Shown here piece by piece: positions 35,511 to 48,834 of a DNA stretch of 64,000 nt. The notes beneath the pieces were generated by a model. The model was not told the origin of the DNA and did no database searches. It saw only the letters and a program-made list of their open reading frames with translations. This DNA comes from Leucoraja erinacea (lineage: Eukaryota): contig NC_073388.1 in assembly GCF_028641065.1 (NCBI RefSeq), positions 25,606,001-25,670,000 of the forward strand, read 5' to 3'. Numbering within the stretch: position 1 is the first letter of the stretch; each line of letters opens with the position of its first letter. Made by a program: the position numbers and the translations under genes.

Positions 35511-38500
35511 TCAAAGTGTCGAAGTGCTACTTGCGATGATATGTTGAACCTTGAGACCATGCATCAGGATTGCATAAGTTCGCTGTTAACAGTGGAAGGC
35601 CATCTCGCAATCTGTCCATTCATTTATCCTGTCGTGTCAGCACTGTCTGCCCTGTCAATAGAAATTATTATGATATTGTAATGTTCTGCTAAGAAAAAGA
35701 GGATGGACAGGTGTAGCAGCCATTGTTCATTAGTTCAGTCGAAGAACCAGCACAAAACTAGAAGAATTTCTCACTAATGTTACTAGATATTTGGTTAAGT
35801 TACAATAAATGCCATTAAATTCTAGTTAGATCTTCAAAATTTGAAATTTCTAATTTGGTATTAAGTTCCACTCATTTTGGGGAGTTAATTTTGAATCCAA
35901 GTACAATATGCAATTCATTTCTCTGTCCGTAATAATGTGAAATAAACTGGACTGTTTTTGTAGAAAAATTGTCAGTTTCTTAATTCTCAATAAGCGAGTT
36001 TGGTATTACAACTGCACATGCCCAGGTCATGGGTCATTTGGAATAAACATTCTCGCCAGCTGAGCTACTGTGTGTGTCTGGACCTGTGTATTCATTTCAT
36101 TGACATTTATAAATAAATATATCTGTCAAATATGTCAGCAGTAGGCCACAGTGTACTGCAGGCTGCACAAACCCACGATTGTATCTATTTAAATTATAGA
36201 CTCTACAGCACCAGCCTTGAAAATGCAAGAATGCCTGGAATGAACCTGTCAATTATCAAATCCCTGGCATTAGCCTGGGTCACAGCCATTCAAATTTGAT
36301 ATTGATTTACACGAATTACAAGTTGTGTGGCTAACCAATTTGAGACAGTCCTTGCATTCCTATCTAAACAACCTTCCTGGATTGAAGGAAATGAGAATGT
36401 GCTGTGTAGGTTGGAAAGTTCAGATTGGATTCGAACAGGCTGGTTAAACTTTCAAGGTAGGTTGGCTTAAATAAAGATGCTGTCGCTTTAACCTCTGGGG
36501 TGGGTTCCAGTCTGTCAGGGCACACAGTTGGGAGCCAGGTCCCCATCTGACAGGACCTGTTCTCGCTCTCTTTGAAGGAGGCACCGCTCGGCCCAGCAAG
36601 TGGGCAAATGCAGAGCCAACCCGTAATATGAGTGGGGACATTTTCTCAGTCAGATTTTATCGACAGTTGGGATGGGGGATCTAGGAGAGAGAGCTGGCGA
36701 TGCCGCACAGACGGAACAGTTTAATAACGGCCCATTAAAATCCGGACACGCGTCAACCTGGGCTGATGTGATCTGACTGCCCTCTCGCTAGCTCGCTGCA
36801 TGCCCGATCCTAACACAGAACCTCCACTAAACCTTTAGGCTTCGGGTAACACCTACACAAAGACCTCTGCAAACAAGGGCTGGCGAACTGTGCTGGTCAA
36901 CGTGCACTGGGCGAGATGGCTGGGAGAAACGCACCGCAACCGCCGCAAACTTGGAACAGCACAGACCCTCCACTCAATCGATCCAATACTAAAGGATTTT
37001 GCAGTTACATGGCCAACCTTGTAGTCAGTTTTCCTCTGAGATGAATCTTTGCCTTCACGGTACATTCACACCGCCTGCAGGTAAAGCATCAGCCCACATC
37101 ACATTGATACAGTCGCTGCTTGCTTCAGATTAAATATATTTTTACACATAAATTATGAATAAAGATAAGAAAATGTTTCAAACACAAGTAATATTTTCTT
37201 ATGTAGTAGCAAACACATTAAGGATTAAATGAAAATAATAAATTCTTTAACTTTTTGAATATCTCATTATTGCAGATTAATGAACTGAACTAGAACTGGG
37301 TCTGTATAAGTAGTGTGTGAACAGCAGAACAAGAAAGGAAACTATTGAGTTGACAGAATTCTAGATTAATTCCTTGGTAGAATAGTTAACAATTTATACA
37401 CAGTTTATACAGCGCTGTGTTTGCTTTCTTTTGATCCTGAATGACTTTTGACAAATTCCATGATTCCTTGCCTTTATCGAGATACCAAACTCTTTTGAAG
37501 AACATGGACATAATGCTATGGTACAAGACAGAGTACAATTCTAGAATTGGAAAAAGATTTATTATGAAGAATGGAGAAGACGCATGTATTATATGCAATT
37601 TGTCTTGTGCAATTAAAAAAAAATTGGGAACTGGACATTGTGGGAAGGCTGGCATTTATTGACCATCCTTGCTTACCTTTGATAAGGTGAAGATGTACCA
37701 CCAACTTGAACTGCTAGTCTTTCTGGCAAAGAACTCCCACCATGTAATTCGGAAGTGTCGGTGATAAAGGGCAGTAGTTATAAACCAATAAAATTGATGG
37801 GTGGGGTGGTTGGTGGTGGTTAGGAATTGAGTGTTCCCATGTGCCTTCCTCATTTGTCTTTCTTTGAGATAATGGTAATAAGTTGAGTGAGTAGTAATGA
37901 GTATCCTTTTTATGAGTAACTATGGCGCATTTTGTGGATGAAACACTACAGCGACTGCATTAGTGATGGAGCAAATTATTTGGGTAACATTCCTCAAAGG
38001 TACAGTTATCTTCTGCAAGAACATCCTTTATCTTGTTTGTGGGAAATTTTTAAAGCAAAAGAATGTATAGTACATCCTGTTATATTTGTTCCTTTCATAG
38101 TTCTGAATTTTTTGCAAATGGGATTTTCGCTAACCCCAGTGATTGTATCATATGCAAATTTTGTACCTGTAACTTAGCTCACTGGTTAAAGTCTCTTGCA
38201 TCTCTGGACTCGCTCTGGGATAGGAGTATGTAATTTGGGTTTGCACTTCATTAGAACCTAGAGAATATTGCATTGTCCTTTTGACAAGATATTAAATGCT
38301 TGTCTTCTGTAATGAGTCTCTAGTCTGTTCAAGCCAAAAAGAAAGAACATGTTTCATTATTTTCTAATTACAACAGGGTTTTTTTAAATGTAGATACAAG
38401 TATTAATTATGAAATATTTTTAAGTGTTTTGGTTTCAGTGTATTCTGTACTTAAATCAACATTGAAACTTCATACAGCAGCACCAGACCCAATGGCTGGC

Positions 38501-38847
38501 CACTTGCATGTCATTTTACTTGCTGTTCAAGAAACAATTTGTGTAGATAATGATTAGTTCTAATATATTTTCAGATGAATAAACAATCTATTTTATCCTG
38601 CTTCCTACTTAACTGGGTTTGTCCATCTTTTCCTCGAATAGATAATTATTTTTGGGTGCGTCAACGGTTGGAACAAAGAAAAGCAGCTGGTGTTGATTAA
38701 ATTCCAGAAAGGATGATGGGGGAAAATCTACTGTATTTTGATATTTCTATGTAAGGTAGATGGGGCGTAATGCAAGAGTTGTGTTCCTAAACAAAAACAT
38801 TACATTATTGAAAATCATATTATAAAAACAAATTGTATCAATAGGGG

Positions 38848-39077
38848 ATAGACACAAAATGCTGGAGTAACTCAGTGAGTCGGGGAGCATCTCTGGAGGG
38901 AAGGAATGGGTGACGATTCGGGTCGAGACTCTTCTTCAGACTGCGCATCAGGGCTGAGGAAGGGTCTCGACCCAAAATGTCACCCATTCTTTTTCTCCAG
39001 AGATGCCTGACCCGCTGAGTTACTCCAGGATTTTTTTATCTGTCTGCGGTGTAAACCAGCATCTGCAGTTCCTACAT
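38848..39077. mobile_element. Palindromic Penelope-end insertion
   Basis: Inverted arms; perfect 16-bp TSD attgtatcaatagggg (38832-38847 and 39078-39093). Confidence 0.88.
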
Positions 39078-39569
39078 ATTGTATCAATAGGGGTTTGGTG
39101 AATAAAGACTTTCAGACATGCAATAACAAAGTTATTCTTTCCAAAGAGACTTTAAAAAATAAAGGAATTTTAATAGCTACTACACCAAGTGGGCCCTTTC
39201 ACACAGGATGCCTGGTCCCCCAATGCAATATTCCACCACTCACCCATAGCCCCCAACTGCGCAGGTGTGGCTCATTTCCCCTTATTCACCCTCCCTCTTT
39301 TTAAACTTAAATAAAAATCCAACTGCACTTGCTGCCAGGGAAAAAAATCCAATTGTACTTGCTGCCAGGACTCAGTGTCCTGTGATTTGCAACATTGTAA
39401 TGGGCAGGGTGGGCAATTGGATTTGGATTTTTTACAGTGAGATGTTAAGTAAAAAGTTAAATTTGTAACGTTTAAAATGTGAATAACATGTAAAATATAA
39501 CATCATCAATAATACATTATTAGCGAAAACCAAGCATTTACCTTATGGATTTGAGCTATCGATGGCCGA

Positions 39570-40027
39570 TGATTCGTCAGATCGTTTGATTTGGGCTGAT
39601 TTTTTTTGTAAGTAAAATGTGTCCGTAACGGTCGTTGCGGAGCTTCCCGAAGTTGACACGAAGGAATGATGTTAGCGACTGAATCCTTACGACAGGTAAA
39701 CAAGGGACACTATGTTTCCAAATTGAAGATTGGCTTAGTTTCTTAGTTTTGATGACTGATTTTACTGATTTTAAAAAGTTGGAAAATATATCGTAAACGG
39801 TCGTTGAGTTTTTGACACCATGATGTTTTTGATATTAAATTGGAAAATAAGAACAAATAATTAACTCACCCAAAGATCGCTACTACCATAAGATCCCTCT
39901 TTGGGTGTTTGAAAAGCGTTAGAGGTTTGGAGCCTCCGTGGTTTAACTTACGGACGTACCGACCCCGATAACGGTCGTTGTGACAATGGACACCAAGCAC
40001 AACGACTGTTACGGAATCTTTACTGTA
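39570..40027. mobile_element. Probable DNA-transposon remnant (unclassified)
   Basis: CpG-retaining island in an AT-rich intron; recurring taacggtcgttg motif (39626, 39969; related at 39795; inverted at ~40000); ends ...tttactg|ta like a TA-flanked TIR. Confidence 0.4.
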
Positions 40028-40711
40028 CTGTATTACCTTTATATTACTGTATTTTTCTCCTGGTATTGAAGATATTTCCCTAGATCATTATCAATACGTA
40101 TATGTATGAGGAGCCATATGAAGTTTATTTATGAATTTAATATTCATGACTAAATGTGGCAGTTTTTAATGTCACACTTTTGGTGTCCAAAATGGTGAAA
40201 AGACGATGAAAATTTGTCTGTTATGAAAAAAGGTTTTGACTTTCGGTCTTGAAGTTATCTAATTTATATCTGCTATTCATAAGGTTTCACATGATGGGTA
40301 GATTTTAGTTAACAATGTATTGGTGTAAAAAAGTGAATACTAATCTTGTTCGTCAAAAACTCTCCAGTATTGTAAAAATACACATGTTTGTTTTTAAACA
40401 CGTTGTTACATTGGTTAATGGACTACTTTTATTGCACTGATGTCAATAGAAGTGAATGCTTTTCAATTCCAGTGAGCATGTGTAAAGTAGCAGCTGTTTG
40501 CTTAAGAGACAATGGTGCCTGATTGGACACGGGGATAGGTCAATGCAAATAAGTTTTCTCTCCTAGACTTTTATTTCTGCTTGTCCATTTCCAAAGTAAC
40601 TTTTAAGTGTTTCTCTAGTTTACGAACAAAATTGTTTCATATCAATTTTGTGTCATGGATATGCCAGAGGTATAAGCAAAATTGCCCCCAATTGTAATTT
40701 CACTTGGATGA

Positions 40712-40848
40712 TGGGGTGGGAGATTGCAACCTTCACGTGGTCCGCCCTGTTTTCGACTAATGCAATCAACCTGACGTGCACAATCAAATAAGATCAAATA
40801 GAACAAGTTGTCCTGCAACTTTAGGCTGTGCACTCCATACGCAAGAAG
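40712..40848 (+). mobile_element. Possible short RTE-type retroposon 3' end
   Basis: Compositionally distinct block ending gcaagaag (AAG-type tail); family call is from recall only. Confidence 0.3.
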
Positions 40849-41619
40849 CCTTGAGAGCAAGGTTGCAGAATATTCTCTGGGCGCAACATTGAAGTCAAAT
40901 GATGCTAGACCACTTGTGTTGGATTTCACCTGTACGGTATAGCAGTATGCCTATTAAACTATGTTGGATAATGAGAAAATCTATATGTAGAGCCAAGTTG
41001 CTTCAATTTATTTGCTAACCTACTCGTGGATAAATCTGATAGCATTGGCAAATGATTTCATTCACAAGAACTGGATGGCATTAGTAGCAATGTAGTGTCA
41101 TCTTGATTATGATGATACTATATTGTCACATGTACATAGGTAGAGTGAAATTCTTTGTGTTGCATTCAATTTACAAAGTATGAAAAGAGTTGCCACATAT
41201 CAGTCCCCTACAAAGTTTAGTTTAGTTAGAAATGGAGGAAATAGAGGGATATGGATCAAGTTCAGGCAGAATAGACCAATTTAACTTGGAATCAGGTTTG
41301 ATGCAAACATTGTGGGCTGAAGGGCCACTCTTCTATATACTCTGAAGTGCTGTACTCTTTTATGTTCGGTTTATGTTCTAATTGCCCTTCAAATTCAGGC
41401 AAGAGGGTTCAGAAAAATCTGAGTATGTACTGATGCTATACTAATTAAGCCAAATTTTTAAAAAATGGTTTATCTCTGTTGGAGCTAATGATAATAAGAA
41501 TGGGGTGCTGATGATTATTAATAATAGGTTTTTAAAATGTATATTTTTACAAGGTAACCTCATGGCCAATGATCCTCATAACTTGATCATCATTATGTTA
41601 GGGATAATCTGTGGATTGA

Positions 41620-42003
41620 CACCTTGTCGTGGTGGAGAAGGTTGTGTGGTCCTGAGATCCTGAGAGCTATGCCGTCTGGAGCTATGCTCCTGGTAGGGCC
41701 ACCCATGGCGGTATGGTCGAGGGGGAGGACTCTGACAAAGAGCAATCCAATCAAGACCTCAACAGTGGAACAGGCGGAGGATGATGACTGACCTTAGTGG
41801 AGCGTCACAATGGCTGGGAAGGCGGATGGAGGCTGCAGCAGAAAAGGGTCTCCTGTCGTCTTGGACTCCATGCCACTGGTTCCCGACCCAGATCTGTCAA
41901 GGACCATGTGCACCAGTCTCCCCATGTTAAACAAAGCCACGCACTGGCATCCTCCAACCCTGGAGAGACCCATGGTCAGCAATGACCGAGGGGGGCCTAA
42001 CTG
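41620..42003 (+). mobile_element. RTE-clade (Expander/BovB-like) 5' UTR-derived element
   Basis: caccttgtcgtgg...gagctatgccgt...gggccaccca...tctgacaaa match the characteristic RTE 5' UTR blocks. Confidence 0.7.
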
Positions 42004-42184
42004 AATCGCACTACAGTGCACAAGCTTTGGGAATAAAACTAGCCACCCTTTTGAATAAGGTGTAAATGTAGTGCAGGTTGTACCCATCTGCTGGCTGTGG
42101 AGAAATTCATCTTTAGTGGTGACATCCTTCTATTCCAGTTTTGAGGAATGTGCAGAGACCAATGCGGGATCTGATTTTGGTATG

Positions 42185-42823
42185 GGGCGGTAGAGTTGCT
42201 GCCTTGCAGCACCAGAGACGCAGATTTGATCCTGAGTAAGAGTGCTGTATGTATGGAGTTAGTATGATCTCCTTGTGATTGCATGGGTTTTCTTGGGGAC
42301 CATGTTATAGGAAAGATATTGTCAAACTAGAAAGGGTTCAGAAAAGATTTACGAGGATTTTGCTGGGACTAGAGGGTGTGAACTATAGTGAGAAGTTGAG
42401 TAGGCTTGGTCGCTATTCCTTGGCGCGCAGGAGGTTGAGGAGTGATCTTATTGAGGTGTATAAAATCATGAGAGGAATAGATCAGGTAGATGCACAGTAT
42501 CTCTTGTCTAGAGTAAGGAAATCGAGGACCAGAAGACATGGGCTCAAGGTGAAGGGGAAAAGATTTAATAGGAATCTGAGGTAACTTTTTCACACAAAGA
42601 TGGGTGTATTGAACAAGCTGCCAGAGGAGATAGTTGTGGCTGGGACTATCCCAATGTTTAAGAAACGGTTAGACCGGTACATGGATAGGGCAAGGTTTGG
42701 AGGGATATGGACCAAGCGCAGGCAGGTGGGACTAGTGTAACTGGGACATGTTGGCCGTTGTAGGCAAGTTGGACCGTGGGGCCTATTTCCACACTATCAC
42801 TCTATGACTCTATGACTGACTCT
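42185..42823 (+). mobile_element. V-SINE head followed by a CR1-group LINE 3' fragment
   Basis: ggtagagttgctgcct A-box region; then PCYRKDIVKLERVQKRFTR...RLRSDLIEVYKIMRG; (ctctatga)n tail. Confidence 0.8.
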
Positions 42824-44565
42824 AATTACAAGTGAACCATTTATACAGGGACATTAGTAGCACATTATAAAGTCAAAGTGATACAGTGGTTACACCAACC
42901 ATTAATCTTAATTGATCTTAGCTGCTGCATTATTTTGCCCTATCGGAGAAATTCCATTGTTCCAGTCACTCTCCATGTTGTCTGTTTTGTTAACTAACTT
43001 TTATTTCCCAGTTATGATTAAATGCCTGGACCTGAAGTCTTGGATATCTTTCTTTTCACAAATGCTGTTGAGCCTTTCCAGCATTTCCTGTTTTTATTTT
43101 GTGGTCTTGATCTTCAAACATCTAGTTTCCTCAGGGTGTTCTCAAGGATGGCAGTAATAGGGTTAAAGAGGATTAAGTATTTACATAATCAATACAAGAA
43201 AGCTCTGTGAGCATCCAAATATTTATCATGTTTTAGACCAAACTGGGTGATGCATTTGAAATTTATTCAGTTAAGTGCTGAACGTGATTATCCTTCAGTC
43301 TTTCCCATTTTGTGAAGTGCTAATGTTGATTTCTTTTTTTGTTGCAAATTTGCTTTTATTTAGAGCTGCGCTTCCATTCGGAATAACATCTGAATGTCAT
43401 CCAACTCAGCATTCAGATGGTTTGGATCCTCATTAATTTTGGAAATGCTGGAAAACCTTCAATATACAGCAAATATATCCAGGCCCTCTGGATTCCAGCC
43501 TCTTCATAATTTTTTTTTTCATGCTTTAATGTGGAGACACAGAATTTGAAAATAAACTCTGATAAAGAGGACTACAATAATAAAACAATCACATTTGTCC
43601 CCATGTCCCCCCGCCCCCCCATCTAATTTTCATCTGAACAATTGTCACTGGGTCATTTCAGACGACATTTAAGAGTTGGCATAATGCCATGTCAGAGGCA
43701 GGCCAGGCAAGAATGGTGGGTGGCCTTCCCTGAAGGACATGAATTAACAGTGGGCTTTTAACACAGTGTCATAGTTTCATATTCACCATTTTTATTTGCT
43801 CCTGTACCTCCAGATCAGTGCTCCAGGTCTTTGGATGAAAGTGTAGCAGTAATGTGTAAATTATTACATTCGTTTTGGAGGTTGGGTGAGGTAATTACAT
43901 GATTGAAATGTCTGATGGAAAAGTGAAGAGGATATTAAATGAATCAATCTTAGTTTAAAGCATTACATTTTCTAGTTCTTTGCCAAATATTAGCCATGGG
44001 TATCATTTTTGCTTCCTAGAAGGTAGTGTGCAACAAGGTAAGTTAAGAATATCTTGGTTAGATTTTATGACTGAATATTGTGGCTATGGCTGATGGGCCC
44101 TGGCTTGTATTGCAACTTCCGTTGTTAGACTCATTTATGATTTTCAAAAGAACCAGAGATGCCATGTACACATTTTGTTATAAAGCCGAAGTAAACTTCC
44201 TAGAATGGTAATGGAAGCAAACTAAGCAGTATTAGTTAGGACAGGGCTGGTTGAAAATGGAAATCATATTTATTGTATAGCTCTATCAAAGAACTAACAC
44301 AGATGAAATCTGTCAGATTGACTTCTGTGCCAAATCTTACTGTGATTCCATGACCTAGATGTTTTTTGATTCTATTTGTGCCAGAAATATTTGAAACAAC
44401 CAGTTTTCCTTAATAGATCATCAAGGCCAATTCATGTGCAGCTCAACGTATTTGTTATCTTAAGATATGGTTAGCTTGATAGCTTTATGAGTGCTCATTA
44501 AAGCTTTTAGTTTAAATACTAATTGTTATACCCTTTTCTTTAAAGACTGATGAAAGCTATAAATC

Positions 44566-44644
44566 ATGGATCAAAGAGGGGGAGGACTTGAGCTGCATTC
44601 ACAGGAATCAAAAGTTTCTCATGCAATGATTATGCAGGACTTCG
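44566..44644 (+). CDS. ZNF711: ZNF711 first coding exon (exon starts 44546)
   Basis: MDQRGGGLELHSQESKVSHAMIMQDF resembles the human ZNF711 N-terminus (MDSGGGSLGLH...AHTMIMQDF). Acceptor ttctttaaag at 44545; donor G|GTAAGT; phase 1. Confidence 0.9.
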
Positions 44645-44777
44645 GTAAGTAGCTTTCCTTTGTTAGAAATGGTATAAAAGAACAAGTTGTTACCTTTTAA
44701 ATGCAATGATTTTAGTACGTAAAAATAAGATCACGTCAAGTAGAGATTAAATTAAGTTTTAAAGCAACAGAATTTAA

Positions 44778-47700
44778 TAGACAATAGGTGCAGGAGTAGG
44801 CCATTTGGCCCTTCAAGCCAGCACCGCCATTCAATGTGATCAAGGCTGATCATCCCCAATCAGGACCCCGTTCCTGCCTTCTCCCCATATCCTTTGACTC
44901 CACAATTTTTAAGAGCCCTATTTAGGTCTCTCTTGAAAGTATCTAGAGAACCGGCCTCCACTGCCCTCTGAGGCAGAGAATTCCACACTCACAACTCTCT
45001 GTGAGAAAAAGTGTTTCTTCGTCTCCATTAACGGCTTACCCCTTATTCTTAAATTGTGGCCCGTGGTTGTAGACTCCCCCAACATTGGGAACATGTTTCC
45101 TGCCTCTAGCGTGTCCAAACCCTTAACAATCTTATATGTTTCAATAAGAATACCTCTCATCCTTCTAAACTCCAGAGTGTACAAGCACAGCTGCTCCATT
45201 CTCTCAGCATATGATAGTCCCGCCATCCCGGGAATTAACATTGTAAACCTACGCTGCACTCCCTCAATAGCAAGAATGTCCTTCCTCAAATTAGGGGACC
45301 AAAACCGCACACAATACTCCAGTTGTGGTCGCACTATGGCCCCGTACAACTGCAGAAGGACCTCTTTGCTCCTATACTTGACTCCTCTTGTTATAAAGGC
45401 CAACATGGCATTCGCTTTCTTCACTGCCTGCTGTACCTGCATGCTTACTTTCATAGACAGATGAACAAGGACCCCCAGATCCCGTTGTACTTCCCCTTTT
45501 TCTCCAGCCCGCGTGTGTGTGTGGGAGTTGGGGAGGGGGGAGAGAGACCAGCCTGAAGAATGGGTCGCCTGTCCATTTTCTTGTGGGGGGAGGGGAGAGA
45601 GAGACATAAGGCAGCCTGAAGAATGGTCGCCTGTCCATTCCCTCCGTAAATGCTGCCTTGCGGAGTTCCCAACTAGTGAGAGAGAGAGAGAGAGAGAGGG
45701 AGAGAGAGCTAGAGAGAGAGAGAGAGAGTTGCCTGCCCTTTTAGATAGCAATCTGCCTTTCTGTTTTTTATACCAAAGTGGATAACCTCACATTTATCCA
45801 CATTAAACTTCATCTGCCTTGCATCTGCCCACTCCCCCAACCTGTCCGTCACCCTGCATTCTCATAGCATCCTCCTCACAGTTCACACTGCCACCCAGAT
45901 TTGTGTCATCTGCAAATTTGCTAATGTTACTTTGAATCCCTTCATCCAAATCATTGATGTATATTGTAAATAGCTGCGGTTTCAGCACCGAGCCTTGCGG
46001 TACCCCACTAGTCACTGCCTGCCATTCTGAAAGAGACCTGTTAATCCCTATTCTTTGTTTCCTGTCTGCCAACCAATTTTCTATCCATGTCAGCACTTTA
46101 CCCTCAAGACCATGTGCCCTAATCTATGTGGGACCTTATCAAATGCTTTCTGAAAGCCCAGGTACACTACATCCACTGGCTCTCCCATGTCCATTTTCCT
46201 AGTTACATCCTCAAAAAATTCCAGAAGATTAGTCGAGCATGATTTCCCCTTCGTCAATCCATGCTGACTCGGACCGATCCTGTTACTGCTATCCAAATGT
46301 GCGGCTATTTCATCTTTTATAATTGACCCCAGCATCTTCTCCACTACTGATGTCAGACTAACTGGCATATAATCCCTGTTTTCTCCCTCCCGCCTTTCTT
46401 AAAAAGTGGGATAACCTTAGCTATCCTCCAATCCACAGGAACTGATCCTGTGTCTATAGAACATTGGAAAATTATCACCAATGCATCCACGATTTCTAGA
46501 GCCACTTCCTTAAGTACCTTGGGATGCAGACCATCAGACCCTGGGGATTTATCAGCCTTCGGTCCCATCCGTCTACTCAACATAATTTCCTGCCTAATGT
46601 GGATTTCCTTCAGTTCCTCCGTCACCCCAGATCCTCTGGCCACCACTATATCAGGAAGATTGTTTGTGTCCTCCTTAGTGAAAACGGATCCAAAATACCT
46701 GTTCAACTCATCTGCCATTTCCTTGTTCCCCATAATAAATTCACCTTTTTCGGTCTTCAAGGATCCAACTTTGGTCTTAACTAAGCTTTTCCTCTTCACA
46801 TACCTAAAGAAGCTTTTACTATCCTCCTTTATATTCTTGGCTAGCTTACCTTCGTACCTCATCTTTTCTCCTCGTATTGTCTTCTTTCTATTGCTCTTCA
46901 AACATTTACCCAATCCTCTTGCTTCCCGCTCATCTTTGCTACGTTGTACTTCTTCTCTTTTATTTTTATACTGTCCCTGACGTCCCTTCGCAACCACGGT
47001 CGCCCCTTACTCCCCTTGGAATCTTTCTTCCTCCTAGGAATGAACTGATCCTGCACCTTCTGTATTATTGCTAGAAATACCTGCCATTGTTGTTCCACTG
47101 TCATCCCTGCTAGGGTTTCTTTCCAGTCAACTTTGGTCACTACCTCCTAATGGCTCACTAACCTCACGTTCCTTTATCAAATCTGGTTCATTTCATAACA
47201 CTAAATCCAGAATTGCCTTCTCCCTAGTAGGCTCCAATACAAGCTGCTCTAAGAATCCATCACAAAGGCACTCTACAAAGTCCCTTTCTTGGGGTTCAGT
47301 GACAACCTGATTTTCGAGGTCTACCTGCAAGTTGAAATCTCCCATAACAACCAGAGCATTACCTTTGCTACACGCCAAATTTAACTCTCGATTCAACTTG
47401 CAGCCTATGTCCAGGCTACTGTTTGGGGGCCTGTAGATAAGTCCCATTAGGGTCTTTTAACCTTACTATTCCTTAGTTCTATCCATACTGACTCCACATC
47501 TCCTGTTTCAAAATCACCCCTTGCAAGGGACTGAATTTAATTCCTCACCAACAGAGCTACCCCACCCTCTCTGCCCACCTGTCTGTCTTTTCCATAGGAG
47601 GTGTACCCTTGCATATTCAGTTCCCAGCCCTGGCCCTCTTGCAGCCATGTCTCTGTAATTCCCACAACGTTATACTTGCCAATTTCTAACTGAGCCTCAA

Positions 47701-47845
47701 GCTCATTCACTTTATTTCTTATACTTCGCGCATTTATATACCACACTTTGACCTCCGTATTCACGTCCCCCCTCGCACCGCTCGTAATTGGCCTTGACCG
47801 TACGCTTTTATCCATTCTCGAACTTTCCTTCCCATTAATTTGGAC
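44778..47845 (-). mobile_element. CR1 LINE with nearly complete, frameshifted ORF2 (APE + RT)
   Basis: YINARSIRNK, GITETW, YRPPN, MGDFN (APE); KSPGSDGLHPKVLKE, FQKAFDKVPH, GVPQGSVL, KFADDT (RT); 3' tail at 44778. Confidence 0.95.
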
Positions 47846-48270
47846 TGTACCACCAACATGATCCAAGTTTTCTGATATCATGGAAGACATTAGCAAGGAA
47901 ATATGCAGGTTTAATGCAAAGGAAATTAATATAAACTGGTTCTTGTGTGCCAGAATTAGGTAAAATGGTATGTTTTACTTGCCGAGGTGAGAGAAATAAT
48001 GTAAAGTTGTGTGGGAATGTATGTTCAGTGAAAAAAAAAATCTGCTTTATTTAATTAACTAGCTCTTTGGTTTCCCGTGTGCTGTTGTCTGTTTGGAACA
48101 TTTGAGATCTAATAATTGATCAAATCTATAGATAATTCTATTATGCAATTTTATTACGATTACATTGTAATGTAGATAAATCACATCTCTTACATTTACA
48201 TCTAAAACAAATGTAATTTGTAAAATGCTCACAGAAATTGTCCATAACTAATCTGTCGTTTGTGTTGCAG

Positions 48271-48834
48271 TGTCTGGAATGGCTGGCGCAGCCCACATTG
48301 ATGGAGATCACATTGTTGTATCTGTGCCTGATGCAGTGCTCGTCTCAGATGTCACTGGGGAAGAGGTTACATTAGAACATGGTCTTACAACTAACATCGA
48401 TGAAGTTGTTCAGGGCCCGGATATTATAGCTGAAAGTGATGATGTGACGGATGGTGTGATGGTCTCGGACTCTGTCCTAGAAGCAAATGTTACCATTGAA
48501 GAAGACTTGAATACCAATTCAGTTCCTGACCATGTTCTGGCTTCAGATCTTATAACAGAAACTGTTGATGTTCCAGATCAAGTACTAGTGTCAGATCTTG
48601 TATCAGTGCAGGATGAGGAACAGTTCGAACATGTAGTCCAGGATTCTGTTACAGATGTTCTCTCTCCTGCGATGCTCACAGAAGAAGTTATGGAAGTAGA
48701 GTCTGTGTCAGAGTCTGTGATTCAAAACCATGATTTAGTAGTTCAAAATGAAGAGACTGTTTCTGGCCCAACCATGACTATTGAAGCCCAAGTAGATGGA
48801 AAAGAAACATCTGAGGATTTCTTAATGATATCCT
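48271..48834 (+). CDS. ZNF711: ZNF711 coding exon 2 (acidic activation domain)
   Basis: [26 protein letters not shown]...GPDII...SEDFLMIS; ttgcag acceptor, T|GTAAGT donor; 564 nt, phase 1-1. Confidence 0.95.
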
